A DNA stretch of 64,000 nucleotides from Diplonema japonicum (taxonomy: Eukaryota; Protista; Euglenozoa: Diplonemea): assembly GCA_964019335.1 (NCBI GenBank), contig OZ025704.1:434001-498000 (forward strand), read 5' to 3'. A program made the translations under genes and the position numbers. The notes under the pieces were generated by a model. The model had not been told where the DNA came from. It searched no databases and saw nothing but the letters and a program-made list of their open reading frames with translations. Positions 32,004 to 41,979 of this stretch are shown piece by piece. Position 1 is the stretch's first letter. Each line of letters opens with the position of its first letter.

Positions 32004-34697
32004 ATGTTCGGGGGTAAGAAAAAGAAAGGAGGGGGTGCTGTGAACAACTTTGCAGGCTTCTCCATGGAGGACCTTGCACCGTCCCCGAAGGCCGAACCTA
32101 AGAAGCCGAAGCCGAAACCCAAACCGAAGCCGAAACCGAAGCCGAAACCCAAGGCTCAGGAAAAGCCGAAGGTCATAAAGCCAGTTCAGCAAAAACAGCC
32201 CGAGAAGGCACCAGCAGCTGCATCTGCGGTGGGTGGGGCACAATTGAGCGATTTAGCCGCTATACAAAAGATGGCTGTCTTCTACAAACTGGTAGACCCG
32301 TCTAAAGAACCAGAGAAGATCATAGAGCTGTGGTACAAGTACAAAGGCAACCCCAGTTCGTACTATAAGATAGCGAAGGATCGTTATCCTGCTGAGCACG
32401 TGCAGCATATCGCTTGGATGGAGACACAAAAGGGCATCCCGCTGAAACCCGTTGATGTACAAGACGCAGTGTCACGTTTGATAGGTTTCTACAAATCAGT
32501 AAACGTGGACAAGTCCCCTAAGGGTGCGGAGAAGATATGGAACGACCATAAGGACTTCCCGGAGGTATTATACCGCAAGGCTGCCATGAAATATGATGCA
32601 GACAAGATGGTGCAGCTGAACTGGCTGTTGCGAAACCCGTTCCCCCCGTCACTCTTGACTGCTGAGCTTCAACTTGAGGGAAAAGCTCCTGAACCTGAAA
32701 GGCAGCCAACCCCACAGCAGGCTCCCACACCTCAGCCACCTACGCCAGAACAGCAGATAGAAAAGCCACCTGCACCACAACAGCAGCCGCCAACGCCAAC
32801 GCCACAGCCACCAACTCCTCAACAGGCGCCCACACCACAGCCACCTACTCCGCAACAAGTGCCTACACCGCAGCCACCTACCCCGCAACAAGCTCCTACG
32901 CCACAGCAGCCGCAGCCATCACCACAGCCACCAACTCCGCAGCAAGCACCTGTTCAACAAGCACCCACTCCTCAGCCACCGACACCGCAGCAAATGCCCA
33001 TCTATCAAGCTCCCACTCCACAGCTTCCTACCCCCCAACAGGCACCATATAAGCCGCCAACTCCAAAGCAGCCAACACCTCAGCACGCACCACAGCCTCA
33101 AGTATCTACTTCGCAGCAAATACCACAGGCTGCAATGCCGCAGAACCCAGAAATGCCTGTCCCTCAAGTAGTCTCGGGGTCAAGGCCGCCTTCATTGCCA
33201 TCTCACCAGCCAACTCCGCAGCAAATGTCCTCACAGCCGCCTCGTCTGCCTACACCGCAGCAGCTGATCACCACTTCACCTGCCCACACCCTGCACCAGC
33301 CCGCACCCCAGCGGGGATCCTTCCCTCGTCAACTCACACAAGAACCAACACCCAGTGCAGCACACCCACAGGTTATGCCTTCACAGATACCCCTCCAACC
33401 GCCCCTAGAGCTCGGGTTACCCGCGCCTATAGCATCCAACGTGACAGCACTTCCTGTGGTCACTCATCAGCAGCTTGGTACACCAGCTATGCAGACGTAC
33501 CACACTCCTGTGCAGAGCAACAAACCACCTTCACCTTCGCCGTGGCAAGACGTCATGCACTCATCTCAGAAGTCTGTTCAAGAGAACGAGTTGCATGAAC
33601 AGCAGCAGAAGTTACTAATGTTGCAGAAACAGCTTGAGCAGCAGCAGCAAGCATTGCAACAACAGCAACAGCGGCACTTCGAAAAAGAAAAGCTTCTTGA
33701 ACAGAGAGAGTTCGATCTCAACAGGCAGCAAATACAAAAGAGACAGTACCAAGAAGCACAGTCCCCACAGATGGTGCATGTCAATGTTGCAGAAGAAGAA
33801 GTCGCAAGGCAGAAGGTATATGCTGCTAATGAGTCGCTGCGGCTGAAAACTGTAGATCGTGTTGGGCGTGACGCATGGCGGGTGATGACGTGGGTGGAGA
33901 GAGACTCTGCCATTAACGAAGACGACGTGCTGGCGACAATGGGTTTGGGCAGTGCAGACACAGGGATGACTACCGCCGCGCGGCAAGAGATCAACAACAT
34001 GCGGGCTGCGGTACACACGTCGATAGCTATGCAGAAGGACGAGAACACGCGCGCGATGCAGCAGGAGGACGTGCAGTGGCAGGCGGCACGGCAACGGTTA
34101 CGACAGCAAATGCAGAACAAAGTGCAGCCACAAGCTCAAGAGAAGAATGGATTAGACGACGCAAAATTAGAAATGGAGCGACGGAAGCAGGAGCAGGAGA
34201 TACAGCACAGGCTTACGCTCGCAAGACACACGATGGTAGAGGCGGTTGAACAGATGACAAACCAGGCATATGCCGTCACTGCTGCCGCAAATATGAGAGT
34301 GGCTGAAGTCTCTGCTAGGAGACACCTGAGTCCCCGTGGGACACGGGATGCCAGCCTCAGCCCACACGGACCTGCACATCGGCGTACTGGCGCCCCCCAG
34401 TTCCAGTATCATGTAAACCCAGCATTCACTTCTCCCAGCGCCGGCGTGCGCCCCCCTACGGAACAAAAGTATAATGTACCTGCGGAACAGAGGTATTATG
34501 TGCCGCAGGACCACAACCTCACAAGAAGCCCTAGAAAAAAAGAATCCTCTGCAAGAAAGAAATTAGCGAACATCGCGAAGCAGATAAAAGATATTCTTAG
34601 CTCTGAGGACCCCCTCCTTGACGACAGACCGAAGCCTCGGAGGAGAAAAAGGGACTCCGGCTCTGATGACTTGGATGAGTTTATTAAATACCTTTAG
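32004..34697 (+). CDS. P/Q-rich hypothetical protein with a (KP)n tract, two small helical repeats, PTPQ repeats and a coiled coil (897 aa)
   Basis: Long ORF preceded by a gtgcag acceptor. It contains two copies of FYKxVxxxKxP...W...KxxP...Y...xxY and a PTPQ array at about 32700-33100. Confidence 0.85.
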   Translation: MFGGKKKKGGGAVNNFAGFSMEDLAPSPKAEPKKPKPKPKPKPKPKPKPKAQEKPKVIKPVQQKQPEKAPAAASAVGGAQLSDLAAIQKMAVFYKLVDPSKEPEKIIELWYKYKGNPSSYYKIAKDRYPAEHVQHIAWMETQKGIPLKPVDVQDAVSRLIGFYKSVNVDKSPKGAEKIWNDHKDFPEVLYRKAAMKYDADKMVQLNWLLRNPFPPSLLTAELQLEGKAPEPERQPTPQQAPTPQPPTPEQQIEKPPAPQQQPPTPTPQPPTPQQAPTPQPPTPQQVPTPQPPTPQQAPTPQQPQPSPQPPTPQQAPVQQAPTPQPPTPQQMPIYQAPTPQLPTPQQAPYKPPTPKQPTPQHAPQPQVSTSQQIPQAAMPQNPEMPVPQVVSGSRPPSLPSHQPTPQQMSSQPPRLPTPQQLITTSPAHTLHQPAPQRGSFPRQLTQEPTPSAAHPQVMPSQIPLQPPLELGLPAPIASNVTALPVVTHQQLGTPAMQTYHTPVQSNKPPSPSPWQDVMHSSQKSVQENELHEQQQKLLMLQKQLEQQQQALQQQQQRHFEKEKLLEQREFDLNRQQIQKRQYQEAQSPQMVHVNVAEEEVARQKVYAANESLRLKTVDRVGRDAWRVMTWVERDSAINEDDVLATMGLGSADTGMTTAARQEINNMRAAVHTSIAMQKDENTRAMQQEDVQWQAARQRLRQQMQNKVQPQAQEKNGLDDAKLEMERRKQEQEIQHRLTLARHTMVEAVEQMTNQAYAVTAAANMRVAEVSARRHLSPRGTRDASLSPHGPAHRRTGAPQFQYHVNPAFTSPSAGVRPPTEQKYNVPAEQRYYVPQDHNLTRSPRKKESSARKKLANIAKQIKDILSSEDPLLDDRPKPRRRKRDSGSDDLDEFIKYL

Positions 34698-34807
34698 TAA
34701 TGACAATGGCAATGGTTTCTTTGTTACATTTTGTTATCTGTATAAGTCTCTTCTTTTTTGTTGTTGTGGATAGTGAAACACGTGTATGAATAGTAATATT
34801 AAAGAAA

Positions 34808-36793
34808 ATGAAAAAGGGTGACCTCCCCGCACCCCCTGAGGTGCGATCTAATGTGAGCAGCTCTAGCAGCTCCAGTGATAGCGATAGCGATAGCGATAGC
34901 AGTACTTCGTCATCTTCATCCAGCTCAGCCCTCGCTAAAGTAAAGGTGTCTCCTCCTCCCACTGCTATGAGGGGTGCTCTACCGGGCCACATTAGAGGAC
35001 TCGGGCTCAAAATGAAAGCACCTGCTCCAGCCCCGAAGAGTGCTACTGCTCCTGTCACTCCGAGGAGTTCCCCTGTACCTGTCCCTGCTCCTGTCCCTCC
35101 CGCTGTCCAGCCGCCTTTTGTATTCAGTGCAACTCCCGCCAAGCGGAAGCACCTTGTTTCCAACTGGAACAAGGTACACAGATGGAATGCAATGCAAGAG
35201 CTCCCGGAAACTGTTGACATTGTGAAGAAACAGCTGCGGTACGTCTGCAGCAGGGGGTATATTCTGCGAGTAGGCAGCGAGAATACACGAGACATGGTTA
35301 TCCTGCTGATGCGGAGCGCCATGTGCACCTCAAACGAGGAAGCGCCCATGGTCTTCGAAGCACTGCGTGTAGCCATCGAGGGCACCTTGGGGGAACATTC
35401 ACTTCAGGCCTCTCATTATGTAAACAATAGGATTCTTGCAGCCTTAGCACTCTGGGTACATAAGCTGCGAGGGTGCACACAACCGACGATTAACCTGTTG
35501 CACTTGGTTAAAAAGGTCCTGCTTCATGTGCCGCCTCATCTGTTGCTCGAGAACCTCTACACCCTCCCGTCTGCGCTAGGCATGCTGCTGATTGAGGATA
35601 ACATTGAAATCAGAAAGTGCGCGCAGAAATGCCTATCCAATATCTTCCCACAACGGGCGCCCATCACGCTCATGGAGCATGACACCCGACAGACAGTTAT
35701 CAAAGACAATCAACAGGCGCCGGTCTGGGACCTGACGTCCCCACAGCCCGAGCGGCACATGGCTACCATCATTATGAACAACACGCCTCCCAAAGAGGTC
35801 GTGATAGAAGAGGTGACGCCGACAGCAGTTGTTCTCCCCATAAAGCTCGATCCTCCCCCCAAACCAGCGCAAAGTATTTTGAAGCAGTCTAGCGGGACGA
35901 AAAGGATCCGATGGAACGACGATCGGAGCACCGTTCACGTGTTCGAGAAGTTCTCAATCAGACTACCTCGCAAGCAAAGGAGTGTGGTAAAGGAGAAGAA
36001 ACACGTTAATCAAGAGACAGTCAACATAAGAGTGAGCCTGACTTCACTGACCGCAAAGGAGAACGAGCTGAAGCCTGGGCTGAGGTTTCTCCCGTGGGAG
36101 GGCACCACACCGAAGTACTGGAACACCGAACTGTCATTTGCACATCAGACGAACGAGCAGTTAGGAACTGATTGGGGGAAGCTATGCCAAGTTGCTACAG
36201 TGTCACAGTCACCTGCAATGGACTGCCCCCAATCTGCGACCAACCCGCAGCTAAGGACTTCGGGACTGCAAGAAAGTGCAGACCGCCCACTAACTTTGGC
36301 TTCCCCAGTAGAGCAAAAAGAAGGCAATGTGAATGTTGCAGACCACCCAGAAAAAGAAGACTATGCGCCACAGTTTTTGGCTACCCAACAGCAAAGGTCT
36401 GTTCAAGAGGAAGCAAGTGATGTGAACAGCAAGGACTGCCCACGACCTTTGACTGTTACGCAGCGGAGGGCTCCTGTTCAACAGGAAGATGTAGGCAATA
36501 CGGGCCGCCCACAACCTGTGGCCATCCCGCGGCGGAGGGCTCCTGTTCAACGACCTTTGGCTATCCCAAAGCGGAGGGCTCCTTTAGAGCAGAATGAAGA
36601 TGTAAACAGGACCACGGCCTGTACACCCTTTAATTCCAGCACACTTAACTCTGACAATGAAACTAACTATGTCCCCCAACCGGAAGTCCCGCCACAAAAC
36701 ACAATGAAGCGTCCATACACGCCTGACACTGAAAGTGAGGACTATGTCCCTGAGCCGAAGGTACCGAAGGTTGATTTCGTTCTTATTGAATAG
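34808..36793 (+). CDS. Putative PP1 regulatory subunit, PNUTS/PPP1R10-like (661 aa)
   Basis: A helical segment LALW...LLHLVKKVLLHVP...LGMLL.EDNIEIRKCAQKCL resembles a TFIIS-N (TND) domain. SILK (35873-35884) is followed by RVxF-type KRIRW (35900-35914) and then VHVF. Confidence 0.55.
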   Translation: MKKGDLPAPPEVRSNVSSSSSSSDSDSDSDSSTSSSSSSSALAKVKVSPPPTAMRGALPGHIRGLGLKMKAPAPAPKSATAPVTPRSSPVPVPAPVPPAVQPPFVFSATPAKRKHLVSNWNKVHRWNAMQELPETVDIVKKQLRYVCSRGYILRVGSENTRDMVILLMRSAMCTSNEEAPMVFEALRVAIEGTLGEHSLQASHYVNNRILAALALWVHKLRGCTQPTINLLHLVKKVLLHVPPHLLLENLYTLPSALGMLLIEDNIEIRKCAQKCLSNIFPQRAPITLMEHDTRQTVIKDNQQAPVWDLTSPQPERHMATIIMNNTPPKEVVIEEVTPTAVVLPIKLDPPPKPAQSILKQSSGTKRIRWNDDRSTVHVFEKFSIRLPRKQRSVVKEKKHVNQETVNIRVSLTSLTAKENELKPGLRFLPWEGTTPKYWNTELSFAHQTNEQLGTDWGKLCQVATVSQSPAMDCPQSATNPQLRTSGLQESADRPLTLASPVEQKEGNVNVADHPEKEDYAPQFLATQQQRSVQEEASDVNSKDCPRPLTVTQRRAPVQQEDVGNTGRPQPVAIPRRRAPVQRPLAIPKRRAPLEQNEDVNRTTACTPFNSSTLNSDNETNYVPQPEVPPQNTMKRPYTPDTESEDYVPEPKVPKVDFVLIE

Positions 36794-36886
36794 AGTGTTG
36801 GACTAGTGTCTGTAAGCCTTGTAAGCAGCGATTGCTCCAGTTTGTTCTCGATTAGATTAAGGTTTTCTCACCAGCATCACAGGAAA

Positions 36887-38731
36887 ATGGAAAAAAGCAA
36901 AATTGAAGATGAGATCAGGCAGAGCGAGGACGAGTCACCAGGCCCGATGCGGGGCCTGTACGAGATGATGAAGACTGGTGTCACGAGGTCGTATTTCAGG
37001 ATGCTGTTGTACGCGTACTACAGAGAGGTGGATGTGATTGGGATCGAGAATGTGCCAAGGACGGGACCCGTGATCTTCTGTGGGAACCATCAAAACCAGT
37101 TCGTTGACGGAGTGATGCTGTACGCGCACTGCCCTAGAATACCGTCCTTTATCATCGCTGCTAAGTCGATGGGCAGGCAGGTGGTAGGGGACTTTGCACG
37201 CTTCATGAATTGCATCCCTGTGCGCCGCCCACAAGACGAGGCAGTTGCCGGACCCGGTGTCATCACCTCCGTCACCGAAACCCACATCACAGGGATGCAC
37301 ACCAAGTTCACCTCCATCCCTGGGGGTTCCCTCATCTCTATATCTCTCGGTGGCGCTTCTACCCTAATAGTGAAGTTGATGAATATAACTTCTGACACAG
37401 CAGCTGAGATCAAAGAGATCTCGACTGACAGCCTCCCCGAGGCACCAGAGGGCAGGGCTTACAAGATATTCCCTAAGATCGACCAAAAGGAGATGTGGCA
37501 GTCTGTGTACGCGAGGCTCGGACAAGGGGGTTGCATCGGGATCTTCCCCGAAGGCGGGTCGCATGACCAGACATCGATGATAGGGATGAAGGACGGCATC
37601 GCGAGGATCGCGTTGGGGAGCATCGAGCATGGGAACCAGCCACCCGTCATCATCCCTGTGGGGCTGACTTACTACTACGGGCATAGATTCAGATCAAGGG
37701 CCCATATTGAGTTTGGGAAGCCCTTGTATATCACTGATGACATGTACAAAGGGTACCAGGAAGACAAGGCCGCTGGCGTTGTGTCTTTAATGCAAGAGCT
37801 GCAGGCAGCTATGGCGGAGGTCACGATCCAGTGTCCTGACTGGAGAACCTTGAAGCAGGTGCACCACGTGAGAAGGCTGTACCAGCCTGGAAGGATCAAA
37901 CTCGACGTGGCGGAATACCTGAGAACCACTAGACGGTTTGCCCAGGGGTTGCGACTTGTAGAAGACCTTCCAGCGGCCAAGGCATTGCTCGAGAAACTTG
38001 AGCTGTACCAAGAGAATTTGAAGGCATACCTGCTGACTGACCACCAAGTGCAGAGCCTTGACACCCTGCAGAGCCACACCAGTTACAAGCTCGTGGCGCA
38101 CCGTATGTTCATGACTGCCTTTTGGTTCCTGCTGTGCATCACAGGCGTGGTCATCAACCTGCCTGTGGGTGTCATTGCGAGAGTGTACAGCGACGTGAAA
38201 AGCATGGAGGCGGTGAAGAACAGTACCGTGAAGGTGCTTGGAAATGACGTAAAGGCCTCGTACAAGGTGCTGTGCGCTATGATGCTAGCACCTTTCTACA
38301 TCATGATGTACGTTGTTCTGGCGTGGTGGTACTACAGTTTCGGACTTGCTGTGGTGATCCTCATAGTGTACCCCTTGTGGTCGTACTGGTCAGTCGTGTG
38401 GGCGAACAATTGCATGTGCGCTGCTAGGGCGACGTTCCCGTTGCTGCTGTCGCTGCACTCGGAGAATTACATGTCAAGGTTCAACGAGCTGCACAACTTC
38501 AGAAAGGAGCTGGTGGCCGATGTGCGGCAGCTGGTTGACGTTCATGTGCGTGGGAAGCACGACCTATGGAGCAGCAGGTCTGAAGAGCTGTACCAAAGGA
38601 TCGAAGCATTGGACTCTATTCCACCTACCGAAGAGACGCAGAACATGCCCTTCACGGTGGAACACACCTCCCGCCTGGAAAAACGCGCAGTCAGCAACAC
38701 ATCCTTCTCGTCCTCAGCAAAGTCCGAGTGA
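36887..38731 (+). CDS. Glycerol-3-phosphate O-acyltransferase (fungal SCT1/GPT2 and kinetoplastid GAT type), 614 aa
   Basis: Acyltransferase motifs GPVIFCGNHQNQFVDG (HxxxxD), IPVRRPQD and GIFPEGGSHD, plus IIPVGLTYY..HRFRSRA.IEFG and C-terminal TM helices. Acceptor catcacag at 36882. Confidence 0.93.
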   Translation: MEKSKIEDEIRQSEDESPGPMRGLYEMMKTGVTRSYFRMLLYAYYREVDVIGIENVPRTGPVIFCGNHQNQFVDGVMLYAHCPRIPSFIIAAKSMGRQVVGDFARFMNCIPVRRPQDEAVAGPGVITSVTETHITGMHTKFTSIPGGSLISISLGGASTLIVKLMNITSDTAAEIKEISTDSLPEAPEGRAYKIFPKIDQKEMWQSVYARLGQGGCIGIFPEGGSHDQTSMIGMKDGIARIALGSIEHGNQPPVIIPVGLTYYYGHRFRSRAHIEFGKPLYITDDMYKGYQEDKAAGVVSLMQELQAAMAEVTIQCPDWRTLKQVHHVRRLYQPGRIKLDVAEYLRTTRRFAQGLRLVEDLPAAKALLEKLELYQENLKAYLLTDHQVQSLDTLQSHTSYKLVAHRMFMTAFWFLLCITGVVINLPVGVIARVYSDVKSMEAVKNSTVKVLGNDVKASYKVLCAMMLAPFYIMMYVVLAWWYYSFGLAVVILIVYPLWSYWSVVWANNCMCAARATFPLLLSLHSENYMSRFNELHNFRKELVADVRQLVDVHVRGKHDLWSSRSEELYQRIEALDSIPPTEETQNMPFTVEHTSRLEKRAVSNTSFSSSAKSE

Positions 38732-39436
38732 CATCCGTCGCTCTTAAAATAGCAAAAAAGAATAATCAAAAAAGAAATGTCTAGTGCAGCGTGTGTCTGT
38801 TTGTTCCCTCTCTTTTCCCCTTTTTTTTGTCGCATTTTGCGCCATTTCCCCTCTCCTTACATTTTTTGCTCCCTTAGGTGCTTACCCTCATTTTCTCCCG
38901 CAACGCGGCCCCCTCGCCTTTCCCTAGAGGGGAGCTTGTTTGCACTGCTCCTGTGACTCGGATGGCATGACCATAGTTATGCTTCTATTTGGGTTTTATT
39001 CTTCTTTTTTTTCCCCCCCCTTCGGATCTCTAATCTGACTGGGTATTTCTCCTCAAAAAAGGAACGAAAAAGAATCGAAGGGGTCCTTTTGTTTTTCTTT
39101 TGTTAGGTTTTAAAAAGACAAAGATGACGGCCCCACGGGTGGGGGGGGGGGGGGGGGGGGGGTCTAGCGGGAGCCCTTTGCGCAATTTATCTTTTTCTTC
39201 CATTTTTCTGATCATCTTTATACACATAGGCAACACGCCCCGTTTTGAGATTCCGTCAAGACTGGCGCATCGGGGCTGATGTATGAAATGGTTTCAGGTT
39301 TAATACAGGTGATGGTTGGCATGAAGCAGGTGCCTACCATAAACAATGGTGGGCCGCTATTGGGATAGCCAATTTTGTTTTCTTCAATTTTCTTTTTTTT
39401 GTGGGGCATTTCATTTTTGAATGCAGCTAATTTCTT

Positions 39437-39592
39437 TTAACCTGATGCACCCGGCTGCCCTTATTCCCGGAAGTAAGGAATGAGTGTCACTGCCTTTACA
39501 TCCTTTGAGAACAAAAGGTTTAAAATTAGTGCCAATATTACATCCAACAGTTCTTCTTCTTCTTTTTTTCTTGCCTCTTCGGGTGCATCAAG
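39437..39592. repeat. Short element with terminal inverted repeats, left end preceded by TTAA
   Basis: cctgatgcacccg (39441-39453) pairs with cgggtgcatcaag (39580-39592) at 12/13. The terminus resembles that at 3763. Confidence 0.45.
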
Positions 39593-40479
39593 AAGAAGAA
39601 ACAGAAAAGCCGAAGAACCCCCCTCCCCTCCCTCGCTCTTTCGTTTTCTACTCCGGAAGATTCTTAATTCGGAAGTAACACAGAACAAAGAAAAAGAAAT
39701 AAAGAAAAAGAAAAACGACAAACGAGATGGGGGGGGGGGGTAAAAGAATAGAAGCTTGTCATCCTTTGTTGTGCTGAGCGAAAGATTTATTTTTTCCACT
39801 TTGTTGGCTTTTTTCTTTCTTTTTTTTTTCACACTGGTCTTTTTCTACCTCTCAGAAAACCAATAAACGACGAATTCTCTTTATTTATTTTATTTTTTTT
39901 TTTTTTTTTGCTTTTGTCAGGTTATTGGCGGGTTGGCAATTTCTCCGGTTCAGCCGGATGGATGTCAATGAAAGGGATTTTTCTTCTTTTTTTTTTCTAT
40001 AAAAAAAACCACCAAACCCATTTACAAGAGGGGAAAAAGAAAAAAGATGAACCTCTTTTTATCTTCACTGTTGACGGAATGGAATAGCACTTGTCGGGTC
40101 ACTATCATGCGATGCGTGCCCCAGATCAAGAACTTACAACATCAGGACCCAGGTATTTGCTACATGAGTGTCGACAGACGACCTGATTCATGACTGGGTA
40201 CCTTATCGACTTGTACCGAGCAAAAGAGAATTTTTTAATTTTTCGAATTCTCCTTCCGACTTTCGTATTTTACTTCAGATTTGTAGTCAGGGTGTAACAG
40301 CGGGGGGTGGGGGTGGGGGATGTGAGAAGCTCATGACTTCTATTAATAAGAAAGCCTGGTATATTTTTTTTTTTATATTATTATTCTTCCTATTCTTTTA
40401 ATTTCTTCCGCTTTTCTTCCCCCCCTTGACCCTCCCAATGTACAACTAGCATCTCAGGCGGAGGGGGTGGGTGTGGTGC

Positions 40480-40890
40480 ATGTGCAGCTTTGCGAATGTT
40501 CAGAAATTCAAGTTTGACTCGAAAGACAGGATACCCTTAAGGCTAGGGGAGAGCATCACTCAGGGGAAGGAGGGGGTGCTGCTGACCCTCAATGGTCTGG
40601 AGAATGGTATCGAGATGCAGGAGGCGAAGAATGAAGGCGAAGATGTAAAGTTAAAAGCGATGAACTCGCAGGACGTGCACCCACGGGAGTTATCGGGCAA
40701 ACGAAGAAAGATCGAGTCAGACGAGGGGACGACACGGTGCATCATAGTGTATGACGCAGAAAAGGTATGCTTTCTTTCTGGGAAAGTTGAATGTTCACCT
40801 CAGCATGAGTTCACACTTGAAGCATTATCGACGCATGCTGATCTCACGCAAGAAGAAGGCGAGGGCAGTAAGCGCAAATGTGACGACTAG
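40480..40890 (+). CDS. ELL-associated factor (EAF) N-terminal-domain-like protein (123 aa); exons 40480-40764, 40804-40890
   Basis: Removing the in-frame intron 40765-40803 gives CIIVYDAEK|HEFTLEALST. With the N-terminal IPLRLGES this matches the EAF pattern (xxLxLGES...CxLIxD...xFxLExL). Confidence 0.6.
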   Translation: MCSFANVQKFKFDSKDRIPLRLGESITQGKEGVLLTLNGLENGIEMQEAKNEGEDVKLKAMNSQDVHPRELSGKRRKIESDEGTTRCIIVYDAEKVCFLSGKVECSPQHEFTLEALSTHADLTQEEGEGSKRKCDD

Positions 40891-40965
40891 TTACTTTGCA
40901 ATTTTCCTTTTTTTTAAAATAAGTTTTATAGTATCATCCCGAAACACCACCTCAAAGAAGAAACA

Positions 40966-41736
40966 ATGGGCTGCACACGATCAAAAGAATCGAGCAGAGG
41001 CGGCACGTCGCCTGCGAAGAACATCCAAGCACCACTGCCGCACTACAAAATAGAAGATAAACTGCACGAAGATTGCCTGATCAGCCCATACACGGGGTCT
41101 CCAAAGCAAAGAGTACGCACGTTCAGGGTGCTGCTGACAGGGATACAGGAGTCTGGAAAGACACATCTTTTGTACACGTTGCTCAACCCGGCACAGGCAG
41201 TTGAGCCGGCAGAGACGGACGGATTCAGAGAGGAGACTCTATATGTGATGCGGGGCAAGGGTGAACGGTATGTAATGGGAAGCTAGGACACCCTTCGCAG
41301 GCCTCGTGTGAATTTTTGTATTGCAGATTTAGCTGGGCGGAAAGAAGAGAGAGATAAACATTTAGAAAGTATGCTTACATCTAATGATGTTGACTCAACC
41401 CTTACAGGTGCGCTTGCAGGGAGCGCCGGCATAGTTTTTACTGTTGACAGCACGTCGACAGAGGAGGAGCTTGAGCAGTCGCGAATGTGGATACAGGAGG
41501 TGTTGAGCAACAAGCTATCATTCAGGGGCAAGACACCACTCCCAGTGGTCCTGTTGTGCACGAAATCCGAGAAGCCGGCTTCATTGTCGTCTTCTGAGAT
41601 TAGTGACAAGGTGCTGCTTCCAAATATAAAAGGAGGCAGGAAGCACACTGCGCAATCTTGTACAATCACAACAGAGCAAGGCCACGTACAGGCTGCCACC
41701 GGTTTGCAATGGTTGGCCATGACCATCCAGAACTGA
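40966..41736 (+). CDS. Atypical Arf/Arl-family small GTPase (245 aa); exons 40966-41267, 41301-41736
   Basis: The intron 41268-41300 joins two ORFs. Motifs: MGCxxS N-terminus, G1 GIQESGKT, G2 ETDGFREET, G3 DLAGR, IVFTVDS, G4 LCTKSE, and C-terminal GLQWL. Confidence 0.85.
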
Positions 41737-41979
41737 GCCGTGTGAGCAGCGTAGCTGGGTCGATTTGCTCATCACTAACAATTACATCCCTTTCATTTCA
41801 TTTACGATCATTCTTACCTATTGCTAATTATTTTATTTTTTCTCTCTCTCTGCTATTACGCCCCCTCCCTTCATTTTTTTTTCTTTGCATGCCATACCCA
41901 GGAGTGCGCACTCCTCAAGCTAGTCTATTCAGTTATTCATTGTACTTGCAACTCATCACAGCCAAAGGAAGCAGCTCAC

